DNA from: Prasinococcaceae sp. CCMP 1430
Lineage: Eukaryota; Plantae; Prasinodermophyta
Reading direction: 5' to 3'
Assembly (NCBI GenBank): GCA_013416795.1
Contig: RQSC01000020.1
Span: forward strand, 205,074 to 231,658
DNA: 26,585 nt
The position numbers and the translations under genes are program-made. Below are positions 1 to 9,829 of the stretch, piece after piece; position 1 is the stretch's first letter, and every line of letters begins with the position of its first letter. Under the pieces are notes generated by a model. The model was not told the origin of the DNA. It searched no databases and worked only from the letters and a program-made list of their open reading frames with translations.

Positions 1-93
<93 letters not shown>
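1..93. repeat. 93-nt poly-G run at the window start, probably a sequencing or assembly artefact
   Basis: Pure G homopolymer, positions 1-93. Confidence 0.9.
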
Positions 94-94
<1 letters not shown>

Positions 95-263
95 CGAACG
101 CCAGCGCGCCGGCTCCGCCAGCGCGATGCCGCGGCGTCGGCGGCCGCCGAGCGCGCGCCGAGGCGAGCCCGCTCCCCCCTCACTGCGCACACCCCCCGCA
201 CCTCGGCGCCGCTTCTCGTTCTTTGCAAAAAATGGGTCGAGCCCGGGCGGCCGCGCGCCGCGC

Positions 264-770
264 TCACTCGGCGATGCGCTGCAGCTGGAACCACTGGCCG
301 AAGAGCTCCTTCTTCTCGCCCTCCCTGATGACCATCCAGCGCACGTTGGAGTCGTCCATGGGGTCGGCCACGCCGATGATGCGCTCCGAGTACGCGGACG
401 GCACCATCACGGGGTCGTCCAGCGTGCCGAACGGCGCGTTCACCCAATCCTGCGAGAAGAGGTTCTCACCCTTGAGCGCCGCCTCGAGCTCGACGCGCTC
501 AAGGCCGGTCGTCTTAATGAGGTCGTCCTCCGTGATGTTGCCGGCCGAGCCGCCGTGCACCGGGTCGTACTTGGGCGCGTCAGGGTCCACGGGCGCCATG
601 TCCTGCGGCTCCGAGCCCGCAGCGGGTGCAGTGGTGTGCATCCAGCTGCGCGCGGTCGCCGCCGGCGCGCGCGCGGCCTCCGCCGCGGCCGTTACGCGCC
701 GGGAGAGCCGCTTCGGCCGCCCGCGCGCGTGCCTCCGGGGGAACGCGGGCGGGTCCCATGCATGCAACAT
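264..770 (-). CDS. COX5B: Cytochrome c oxidase subunit 5b (COX5B/Cox4 family); 5' end uncertain
   Basis: TGLERVELEA...FGTLDDPVMVPSAYSERIIG...VRWMVIREG...QWFQL matches the COX5B family. An Arg/Ala-rich presequence-like N-terminus follows ATG 770. Confidence 0.85.
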   Translation of the reverse strand: MLHAWDPPAFPRRHARGRPKRLSRRVTAAAEAARAPAATARSWMHTTAPAAGSEPQDMAPVDPDAPKYDPVHGGSAGNITEDDLIKTTGLERVELEAALKGENLFSQDWVNAPFGTLDDPVMVPSAYSERIIGVADPMDDSNVRWMVIREGEKKELFGQWFQLQRIAE

Positions 771-962
771 GTGAAACTTGAACCCTGACTTAACCCTATT
801 GACAACCTCAACCTCAGGGTGTCGCATGGCGGGAAAACGCGGCGAGAAGCGGCAAATCTGCTGGGCGGCCGGCGGGCACTGCCGGCCGCCCACTGCCACA
901 GTGCGCCGCTGGGAGGTGGCTGCGCGCGTGGGCCGGCGGCCCCTCGAGGAGAAAGGCGGTTC

Positions 963-1082
963 TTATGGCAAGGTCCGCTCGCACACGCAGAAGGTGCTGA
1001 GCTGCGCGAGCAGCGCCTCCTTGATCTCCTTCTGCTGCTCCTTGCCGCGCCCGCGCGCGCCCCCGCCGCCGCCTCCGCGCAT
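963..1082 (-). CDS. Small ORF or possible first exon (MRGGGGGGARGRGKEQQKEIKEALLAQLSTFC...)
   Basis: ATG follows an AT-rich, telomere-motif-containing region. Codons are GC3-rich and there is a possible donor (TGC|GTGTGC). No family recognised. Confidence 0.3.
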   Translation of the reverse strand: MRGGGGGGARGRGKEQQKEIKEALLAQLSTFCVCERTLP

Positions 1083-1161
1083 GCGTTTTGACAATTAAAA
1101 AGAACCCTACGCACGAGAGTTCGGGGAATAAACCTCAAACACCCAACCTCAACCAAAAATC

Positions 1162-1415
1162 GCGCTGCGCAAATCTCGGTCGGGCGCGCGCGTGGAGAGG
1201 AGGGGACTGGCAGGCCGGGAACTGCCCAGGCCTCTACGAAATTGGGTGTACGCCCGGGGTTCAGGCCAACAAGGAGATGCCTCTCCGGCGCCAGAAAACC
1301 CGGCGCTGGATCCGAAAACGTGCACCACTCGAACGGGTGCGGAGGCGCACAAATCATCATCCTGGCCGGTTCCCCCGTTGCCCCGACCGAAACGGCGACA
1401 CGCTTGCAGCAGCGC
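1162..1415. ncRNA. Candidate structured non-coding RNA, family and strand unassigned
   Basis: Collinear long-range complementarity (1162-1168 with 1409-1415; 1176-1184 with 1382-1390; 1202-1214 with 1361-1375) encloses several hairpins. The minus strand has RUGAUGA, CUGA and a terminal T5. Confidence 0.35.
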
Positions 1416-1648
1416 ACCGCCGCCTCGCCGCGGGGCGCCGCACGCGTGGCGCTGGAGGGGGGCGGGAGAGGGGGCGAGGGGGTCATGCATGAGGGGGTTA
1501 CGATGGGTGTGGGGTTGGAGAGGCGAAGGGAGGAGGGATGGGGTGGTGCGCGCAAGGATTGAGGAGCGCCACACGCCCCGCAGGGAAGCGGCGGGGCGAG
1601 GGCGGGGGAGGGGGGGGAGACGGAGGCGCGTACTGGGCGAAGGGCGTC

Positions 1649-3114
1649 ATGACCGGCCAGGTGCGCGGGCGGGCGGCCTGCCCCCTCGGCGGCGCGGCAG
1701 CGTATGTGGGTGGGAGGGGTGGAGCGAGCGAAGCGGCGTCCGGAGCAGAGCGCAGCGCGGCGCGGATCTGGCTGACGCGCGCGAGCGCTGCCGCCCCCGC
1801 CGCACCCGCCCGCGGCGCTCGTCGCGCGCTCACCCCGGCGTACAGGAGGTGCTCGAAAACGCCGCCGCGGCAGCAGCAGCAGCAGCAGCCGAGGGCGCCG
1901 CCGCCGCCGCGGAAGGCGCGATGGGCGCAGGCGCGAGTGCTGCGCCCGACGCGCCCAAGCCACTCGTCCCCGCCGGCGAAGGCGTGGCCGAGCCAGGCTG
2001 GGGTGACGCCGCAGCGGTGGGCGACTTCCTGCGCATATTGGAGGAGCATAGGCAAGCGTGCGAGCGGAGCGGGCAGTACATGGAGGCGGAGGTCGCCGCT
2101 CGCCGCCTGAAGGAGCTGCGCGCGCACGAGGAGGCGAGGAGGCGCGATGTGCTCAAGGTGCGCGCGCCGGTCGCTCATGCGGCCCACCGCGCGCCGCGCC
2201 GCTGCCGTCGCGCGGAACCTCTGCTCACCGTGCCCGCTCGGGGACGAGGCGCGAGGCGCTGCGATGATCCATGGCGCGCGAGCGAGCTGCGCTCCTGACA
2301 CGGCGCCGACGCGCCATGCTTGCAATTCATGGCACTGCACGGTGCTCGCGCGCTCGGATCGCTGGCGGTCGCGCATCACGCTACTCCGCCCTGTCCGCCC
2401 ACGCAGGCGGAGCAAACCGCGGCGCGGCTCGGACTGGAGGAGGCCCACCTGGCCGAGTTCAGCCGCTTTAACGTCGCGTGGGACGCTCGTCTCGCCGAGC
2501 ACGAGTCACGCGCGGCGCACCTCGTGGACGACATGCAGGCTCGGCACGCGAGCGAGCTGGAGTCATACCGCGCAAAGGCGGCGTCCAAAACCGAGCAGAA
2601 GCCCAAGTTCTCCAAGGACTTGCTCAATCTGCGCGCGATCCAGGCGACCCTCGCCAAGCAGCAGGAGTACGCCGAGGCGCACAAAGTCAAGCAGAAGGCC
2701 GACGCGCTGGAACGGCGCGAGCTTGGTCGTATGGCAGAGGAGCGAGCGCTGGCGAGGGAAGCACTCGAGGCGAAGTTTGTTGCCAAGCAGCGGTTGGAGC
2801 AGCGCGTGCTCGTCAAGCGCGCCGAGACGGGCCGCGGCGAGCAGAAAAGGCAACGGCAGGCGGACATGGAGCGGCTGCTGCAGCGCTATGCCAACGCTAA
2901 ACACGCGCTCGAGAAGGCGCAGCAGGCGGCCCGCGCAAGGCTCGAGCGCGAGCTCAAGATGACGTCGTGGGCGTCCAAGAAAGCCGGCGGCGGCTCGAGG
3001 GGCGCGTCGTCGCCGGTGGGGCGCAAGCAGTCGACGCGCCAGCCGACTGCGGGCAAGACAATGTCGAAGCTGGGCTCCCAGGTTAAGCCCGGGCTGGCGG
3101 CCGGTCGGTCGTAG
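1649..3114 (+). CDS. Conserved coiled-coil protein typical of flagellated eukaryotes; exons 1649-1660, 1846-2157, 2407-3114
   Basis: In-phase GTGCGC..AG introns give MTGQEVLEN...DFLRILEEHRQACERSGQYMEAEVA...KPKFSKDLLNLRAIQATLAKQQEYAEAHKVKQKADALE. This motif recalls uncharacterised ciliate/Chlamydomonas flagellar-associated proteins. Confidence 0.75.
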
Positions 3115-3246
3115 GACCGCGTGGCGCGTCCGGGGGCCTCTTGCCGAACGCTTGCGCGGGCGACAATGGGCGCGTGCCCATAATGTACAAACATTTTTAC
3201 ATGCTTGCGCGTCGTGCCTCGCGGGCGTCGAGACAGCTGGCGCAGC

Positions 3247-4075
3247 TCACGTCGCCTCCCAGCGCAAGACCACGAGCTCGTCGTCCGCGACAGCCCTTGC
3301 GACGACGGCGCCGATGGCCGCTTCCGCACGCAGCGCCAGTGGCACAGCGTCGCTGCCGCGCGCGACAGTCTGGCGGCGCACCTGGCGCGTCAGCGCATGT
3401 CCCGCGCGCGCTCGGCTGCGCTCGCCATCGAAGCGTCAGCGCGCACCTCGAAGCCGAAGCGTTCCATGTACCACCCCGCGCTGCCGGCCAGGGTGAGCGC
3501 GAAGACGCGCGCCCCAGCGGGCACGTCGCCTAGCAGCCTCTGCACGATGCTCGTTCCAATGCCCCGCCCGCGTCGCTCGCGCGACACGACGACACTCGCG
3601 AGCTCCAGGCTGGCCGAGGCGCGCCGCGGCGCGCGTCAGCCCGATGTCGAGGCGCGCATGCCGCGGCGAGCGCGTGCGAGCGGTGCGAGGAACGGCACCT
3701 TTTCGCCTCGTCCCCGCACGGCTTCAGCTGCCCCGCGCCAACGACCTCGCCGCCCTCGTCCGCATAGATGACGAAGCGGTCGGGCGCCGTCAGCCCGAGC
3801 GGGTTCATGCCCTCGCTGAGCACCATCGCCGCAACCGCGGGCACGTCGCGCGCCTCCCCGCGCCGCAGCGCGGCCCGAGGGCGCGCAGCGCGGGGGGCGC
3901 CGCGGCGGCCGCGGCCGCCATCGGCGCTTTGGACGTCGGTGCTTCCCGCGCCCTGCGCCCCGCTGGGCGCAAGTGGCGCGGCGCAGCAGCGCCGCTCCGC
4001 TCCGCCGGGCAGCTGCTCCGCGTCTGACGATTTTTGCTGCGCGGAGCAGAGAAGCGCCCGAGTGCGCGCACCCAT
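3247..4075 (-). CDS. GNAT-family N-acetyltransferase; introns 3610-3698 and 3382-3446
   Basis: EGMNPLGL..RFVI...VVGAGQLKP / LELASVVVSRERRGRGIG (acetyl-CoA motif A) / YMERFGF / VPLALRAEAAIGAVVAR. Both introns are in phase and carry GCTGAC. TGTAA lies at 3197-3201. Confidence 0.8.
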
Positions 4076-4285
4076 TCATTTTGATATGCGTGTGGGTGGT
4101 GTCCAAAACGAGTGGGGGCATTCATCACTGCCAAGTGGGGCCGCAGGGGGATGGCCTCTGCCCGAAAAACTTGTCGGGACATGAACCTTTCTTTATGCAG
4201 CGCGAGTACTACTCCACTGCTGGTGTCTTAGTGCCAGTGCTGCGTGCGACCGCGGCTGGTCGTCACACCTACAGTGTGGTGTGCG

Positions 4286-5842
4286 CTACATGCCGTCGGA
4301 GTCATAGTTCCCTCCCAGGTCGGCGTCGGTATCGAGCCTCTTCGGCATGTTTTTGATCACCACCTGTGCGAACTCGGAGCACGAAACGAGCGTCGCGCCT
4401 GCGGGCATGAGGCGGTGGAAGTCGTAGGTCACCATCTTCGCCAGCAGTGCGCCCTCGACTCCCGCGATCACCTCGTCCGCGGCCTCGCCCCACCCGAGAT
4501 AGCGCAGGAGCATTTCGCCCGACAGAATCATGCTCGTGGGGTTCACCTTGTCGAGGTTGGCGTACTTGGGCGCCGTGCCGTGCGTAGCTTCAAAGATGGC
4601 GTGTCCGGTTTCCGGGTTCATGTTGCCGCCTGGGGCTATTCCAATGCCTCCGACCTGCGCCGCGAGCGCGTCGGACAGGTAGTCGCCGTTCAGATTCAGA
4701 GTGGCGACGACGTCGAAAGTCTCGGGGCGGGTGAGCACCTGCTGGAAAGAGATGTCCGCCAGCACGTCACGCACAAGCAGCTTGCTTCTGAACTTCCCCC
4801 AGCCATGGCTGCTGCCAATGGATTCAATGATGCCGCGCACCTCGGCCACAGCGTCCTCTTGTTGCTCGGGCGAGAAGCTGTCGAAGCCGGGGTGAATGGC
4901 GCGCGCGTTCTCTTCGAACGTGAGCGCAGAGTTCGCGTCGGCGTTCGCGAGCACGTGGCTTTCCCGCTCGGTCACGCACTGGCTTCGAAATTCCGGTGAC
5001 GTGGCCACTGCATAGCCCCATTTGACGAAAGCGCCCTCGGTGTGCTTCATTATGTTGCCCTTGGCGACCATGGTCACAGACTTGCGCCCGCTCTCTAACG
5101 CGTACTGCAGCGCAGCGCGCACGAGCCGCTGGCTCCCTTCCTTCGATACTGGCTTCACGCCGAACGCGGAAGTGTCGGGGAATCTCACCTTGCGGAAGCG
5201 ATTCGGGAAGAGCTCCTGGAGGGAACGCGCGAAGGCAGCGCACTCCGGCGTCCCCTGCTCCATTTCGATGCCGGCATAGATGTCTTCGGTGTTCTCTCTG
5301 AACACGACAACGTCGACGGCCTGCGGCTTGCGCACGGGAGAAGGCACGTTGGCAAAGTGGCGCACGGGGCGCTGACACACGTACAGATCGAGCTCCTGGC
5401 GGAGCGCGACGTTCAGGGAGCGGATACCGCTTCCCACGGGAGTGGTGAGGGGGCCCTTGATGCCCACAGAGTAATCGCGAAAAGCCTCCATAGTCCCTCG
5501 CGGCAGCCACTCGCCGGTGCGGTGGAAGGCCTTTTCGCCGGCGTACACCTCCATCCACTCAATGCGCCGGGCGTCGCCATAGGCGGCAGCGACCGCCGCG
5601 TCCAGCACGCGCCTCGCGGCCGCCCAGACGTCTGCGCCAACGCCATCGCCCTCGATGAATGGCACTATCGGCCTGCGAGGCACGACCAGGCGCATCTGGT
5701 CTCCATCTTTGTCGATCTCAATACGGTGCGGTGCCGACGGCAGCGCAGCGGCCGCCCCGAGCGTCCTCGACACGCACGCGCGCGCCGGTTGAAAGAGGGC
5801 GGGCGAGGCTGTGCCGCGACGGAGCAGCGCCGCAGCGAACAT
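4286..5842 (-). CDS. icd: NADP-dependent isocitrate dehydrogenase, prokaryotic type I homodimer, with N-terminal targeting peptide; intronless
   Basis: [10 protein letters not shown]-like motif ([11 protein letters not shown]), [73 protein letters not shown]. Confidence 0.95.
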   Translation of the reverse strand: MFAAALLRRGTASPALFQPARACVSRTLGAAAALPSAPHRIEIDKDGDQMRLVVPRRPIVPFIEGDGVGADVWAAARRVLDAAVAAAYGDARRIEWMEVYAGEKAFHRTGEWLPRGTMEAFRDYSVGIKGPLTTPVGSGIRSLNVALRQELDLYVCQRPVRHFANVPSPVRKPQAVDVVVFRENTEDIYAGIEMEQGTPECAAFARSLQELFPNRFRKVRFPDTSAFGVKPVSKEGSQRLVRAALQYALESGRKSVTMVAKGNIMKHTEGAFVKWGYAVATSPEFRSQCVTERESHVLANADANSALTFEENARAIHPGFDSFSPEQQEDAVAEVRGIIESIGSSHGWGKFRSKLLVRDVLADISFQQVLTRPETFDVVATLNLNGDYLSDALAAQVGGIGIAPGGNMNPETGHAIFEATHGTAPKYANLDKVNPTSMILSGEMLLRYLGWGEAADEVIAGVEGALLAKMVTYDFHRLMPAGATLVSCSEFAQVVIKNMPKRLDTDADLGGNYDSDGM

Positions 5843-6020
5843 CGTGGGGCGTTTCGCCGGCGCAGCGGCGCTCGAGCGGTTGTCACGAAGGCTGAGTCAG
5901 CAGCTCTCTCTGATAGCACGCAGGTGGCAGGTGCAGCCTGCCCCTGCCTACGCTACGTCTTCAAGTCCAAACGGGCGGTCGTGGGTCTCTGCCGCCGCCG
6001 CTGCGCACCGCTGCTCTCAG

Positions 6021-7438
6021 ATGCGCCGCGGGGGCGGCAGCGCTGGTGTGGCACGCCGCGCTTGCGCGCAGCGCGGTGCGGCGCGGTACGCACGCGCACA
6101 ACCGCGCACGCACGTGGCGCGTTCGTTCGTTCGTGCGGGCAGCGCAGAAATGTCGCTGCGAGGGACGAAAAAATGCAGGCTTGGAAAGACGCCGGCGACG
6201 TGCGCCAACAGCCCGCCCGTGTCGCCGCCACATGGCGCGCGGCGCGCACCCTGGCTCCTCCCCAGGCCCCTCCCCCGCGCGCCCGCCAACGCCTCTGGGT
6301 TCGCAATGGCGCTCGGCGCGCTCGCGCGCGAGCTCGCGCGGCGCGGGACGGCACGTGTGGCGCGGCCAGACTGGCGCGAGCGCGACATGCTCGGCGCGGG
6401 GCGAGCGGGCGCGGCAGCTGCGGCCGAGGCGCTGCGCGGGCTCGCCGGTGCTGCGCGGAGACTTGGCGACGAGGCGACCGAGCGGCGCGCCACATCGCGC
6501 CTCGTGACGGCGCTGCAGTGGACCGGCGACTCGCGCGACGCCGCCGAGGCGGAGGCGGTCGCGCGCGCTGCCGAGGGCAGGTTGTGGGGCGATTGGCGGC
6601 AGCGGCCGCTGGACTACGTCCCAGCGCTGCCGCCGCGCGGCGGCTTCCCTGACCCAGACATTGCGGGCCTGTCCGCAGCGCTTGGCGCGCTGCGCGCACT
6701 CACTGCGCTGCGCGACGACGCGCTCGCTGCCGAGGCGTCGGCCTTCGTCGCGGCCGCAGGCGCGACGCAGCCCGAGGGATTGGTCGACGCGCGCGCCGCC
6801 GCGCTGGCGGGCGCGAGCTGGACGCACGTGCGGTTGGACGCGATGGCCGCCACAGCCGACGGCCGCGAGGCCATGCGCGAGCGGGCTCCTGCCGTCGCCA
6901 TGCTCGCGCACGCGCTTTGCGCCGCCGCGCAGGATGCGGGCGCACCCGTCCTCTCGTACCGCCTGAGTGCGCTCACGCTCGGCATGCCCGCCGAAGAGGG
7001 TGCACGCCGCCGACTGCACATCCGCCCGCACGTGGGACCGACGAACGCGCACTGGACGGTCCACGTGCCGCTCATCATGCCTTCGCGCGAGCTCGCAACG
7101 GCGAAGCTCACCGTCGGAGGCGAGCGCCGCGAGTGGCGTCTGGGCGAGCCGATTCTTTTTGACGACAGCTACGAGCACGAGGTCTGTGCCTTGCGCCCCG
7201 AAGCGCGCGCGCGCGCGAGTGCGCGAGCTCATGTGGACAGGCCAGGCGCGCCGCGCCTGCTGGCCCACGTACGCCCGCTGACCTTGCGCGGCACGAGCAG
7301 GTGACGTTTGAGGCGGCGACGGGAGCGGGCGAGGCGAGGCAGGAGGAACTCAAGCGCATTGTGTTCGACGCCACGCTCGCTCGGCCCGGCGCGGGCGCGG
7401 CAGCTGCGCCGCCGGCGGCCTCGCCGTTCGACATGTGA
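6021..7438 (+). CDS. Aspartyl/asparaginyl beta-hydroxylase-like 2OG-Fe(II) dioxygenase; last intron 7182-7300; start uncertain (6021 or 6306)
   Basis: HIRPHVGPTNAHWTVHVPL and LTVGGERREWRLGEPILFDDSYEHEV are Asp_Arg_Hydrox family motifs. A GCTGAC branch point precedes the acceptor at 7300. Confidence 0.8.
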
Positions 7439-7636
7439 GCACGGCGGTGCCACGATGGCAGCTGGGAGCAGCTGGCAGCTGCCAAGCGCGCGCAAACGTC
7501 GAATGCGCAGCGCACTGCTCCCACGAGTGCCCACGCGAGGCGGTCTCGCTGCGCATTCCACATAATTACGAATCATGTTACATATCACATAAACTAACGG
7601 GCGAGTCGTGCGTGTGCGTGGCCGCGCGCCGACGAG

Positions 7637-8724
7637 ATGAGTGCGCTGGGGGCGGGGGCGAGCCGCTGCCTGCCTCAGGCTGCGCGCCACACCGCCCGGT
7701 GCGTGTGCGTTGGGGGGCACACGCGCGATGCAGGCCTGGCGGCATGGCGCGCGGGGCGCAGGGGGCGCGCTGGCGGGAGCTGGCGGAGGCCGCGCTCGGC
7801 TCGGTGCGCGGCGCGGCGACGGCGGCGGCTGCGGCCATCTTGCTTTCGTGCTCGCCCGCCGGTGGGGCGCTCGCCTCTGAGGCGCCCGTGCAGGCGCCGC
7901 TGCTTATTGACGGCGCGAAGGTCTTCCGTAACGCGCAGGCAGGCGCGCTGCTTGAGAGCCGCCTCGAGCAGCTGCGCGACGCGAGCGGCCACCGCGTCGT
8001 CGTCATCACCCGCACTGGGCGCGATCCGCTGACGGGTGCACAGATCCTTGCCGTTGATGAGCCCGAGGTGCGCGATGCGCTGCGCGAGATGGGCGCGGAG
8101 GATGTGTTGGTCGTCGTGAGCACGGCAGAGGGTAAGCGCGCGCGGCTCCTCGCCCTTGCCCGCGCGCCCACGGATGCTGCAGAGACCCCGCGCTGACGCG
8201 CCCAACACTTTCCTACTGCAGGCAACATTCTGCAGTTCCGCGCGGGCGACGGCGTGGCCACGCTGCTGCCCGATGCGTTCTTCGCCGAGGAGGCCAATCG
8301 GTTCGGCAACCTCATCTTCGTGAGGGAAGAGGGTGTGGCGGAGGCCACGCGGCAGGCGGTCACGGCAATCGCCACGTGCCTGGAGAAGCCGGGTGGCTGT
8401 GTCGTTGTGCCCGGCGTGACCGGAACGCTGTGGGGCTTCAGCGCGGCGGCTGCGGCTGTGGCGGGCGTCATCGCGGGCGCGGCGACTTCGTACGGCCGCG
8501 CCTCGGGTGAGGGCGCTGCCAAAGGACTGCTCTATGCGAGTCCGCTGTGGATCTTCGCGCTCGGTGGGGTGTCGCTCTTTCCGGTTCTCGCTCGCGGGGG
8601 CACGATGCAGGGCGCGGCCGACGTGGCACTCTTCGTGGCGGTGCTCGCGCTCTTCGCGCGCGCGCGCGATCCTGGCGGGGCGGTCGCAGGCGACGCGCGC
8701 AATACGGACGACGATGAGTGGTGA
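7637..8724 (+). CDS. TPM (DUF477/MOLO-1)-domain thylakoid protein with C-terminal TM helices; intron 8132-8221 and possible intron 7699-7733
   Basis: Lumenal-type signal (AAAAILLSCSPAGGALA), LEQLRDASGHRVVVIT, GNILQFRAG...RFGNLIFVREEG...CLEKPGGCVVVPG, then hydrophobic helices, as in cyanobacterial/plant TPM proteins. Confidence 0.75.
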
Positions 8725-9025
8725 CACAGCAGCGGGCCCATGCAGCGTCGTGAGCCTCAGGGTTCTCAGGAGTTTTCGTCGCTGCAACGAGAAAGGCGCC
8801 GCGCTTGGTACATCGCACAGAGTGCCCTCACTTACGTGTTATGTACTCTCTCTCTCTCTCCCTCTTCCCCTGTAAAGGAGACAGCGTTTGGTCGCGTTGC
8901 ACAGCCGTAGATGCGCTAGGACTGCAGGCGGTCTCCTGGGCAGAAAGCGCGCACTGGCGCGAGCTCGTGCCGTGCTGCAGTCGTCGCTGTCGCGCACACA
9001 CCACCCACACTTTCGCTCTGACCTC

Positions 9026-9829
9026 TCAGAGCCCCGCGCTCGAGCCGAGGATAGCCGCTCGCAGCTCGACGGTGGAGTTCTCCTTGTCCTCTTCGAAGTG
9101 TACCGCTCGATCCGCCTTGCTCGCCACCCGCATGGCCTCGCACGTGCGCGGCGGGCTCGGCAGCGTGGGCGTGGCGGGCAGCGGGGAGGACGCCTCCACG
9201 TCGGCTGGGCGCAGACGCTTGCACGTCGTTGGCGGCGAGGCCATGCGTGCCGCCAGTGGCGTGCCGAGCGGCGAGCGGAATAGCGCGTCGGAGTCGACGC
9301 TGCCTGATCGCGGCAGCTTGAGGTCACTCCCGAATCCGCCGTCCGCCGCAGCCACGGAGGCGTCGCGCTCGAGGCGCGCCACGGTGGTCGGCGTCGCGAG
9401 CTGGGAGAGCGTCGGAGTCGGCGCGTCGAAGCACGCGCTCGAGCCACGGCTGACGTCGGAAGCGGACGACTCTCGCCGCCTGCGCCTTTCGTCATCTCCC
9501 GCTCCCTCGCTCGTCGCCTCATCCCCACCCTTTGCCATGAGCCCGCTCAGCGCCGCCGCGAGCGCCGCCGCCGCGCCCCCCTCGGGCGTGCGCTCGGCTG
9601 CGGCCTCCGCCTCCGCCTCGCGGAAAGCGCGGTCGTCGCTGTCCTCGCCAAGCCCACTCGCGCCGCAGCTCAGCTCTGCGTTGAGTGCAGCCGCAATAGC
9701 CGGCTCCCCACCGCCCGCCGCGCCGGCATCGTCGATCCTGGGCAGAGCCGCGAGCGTGGCTTCCCATGGCGCGAGCGCCTCCGCCGCGCGGCGCGCAGCG
9801 TCCGCCGCCGCTGCTCGCCAACACCCGCC
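9026..9829 (-). CDS. Hypothetical low-complexity protein; start not identified
   Basis: Open, GC3-rich, acidic and Ser/Pro-rich frame ending ...HFEEDKENSTVELRAAILGSSAGL*. No family recognised. Confidence 0.45.
   Translation of the reverse strand, partial: GGCWRAAAADAARRAAEALAPWEATLAALPRIDDAGAAGGGEPAIAAALNAELSCGASGLGEDSDDRAFREAEAEAAAERTPEGGAAAALAAALSGLMAKGGDEATSEGAGDDERRRRRESSASDVSRGSSACFDAPTPTLSQLATPTTVARLERDASVAAADGGFGSDLKLPRSGSVDSDALFRSPLGTPLAARMASPPTTCKRLRPADVEASSPLPATPTLPSPPRTCEAMRVASKADRAVHFEEDKENSTVELRAAILGSSAGL

Noticed and set aside
1-93. Poly-G as a telomere or G-quadruplex element
   Set aside because: A pure homopolymer at the sequence edge is typical of two-colour sequencing artefacts and contains no telomeric unit.
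1340-1354. C/D guide complementary to 18S AGGCGCGCAAAU
   Set aside because: 12 bp with a wobble, but no D' box at the required spacing, so no target is claimed.
1088-1492. Plus-strand ORF containing CPGLYEIG, reminiscent of plant ET/GIY-YIG proteins
   Set aside because: No ATG, no following YLG or R motif, and the region is better explained by RNA structure.
1648-1651. Overlapping divergent ATGs here and at 21096-21099
   Set aside because: CATG is palindromic and is the common start context, so an antisense ATG is expected by chance.
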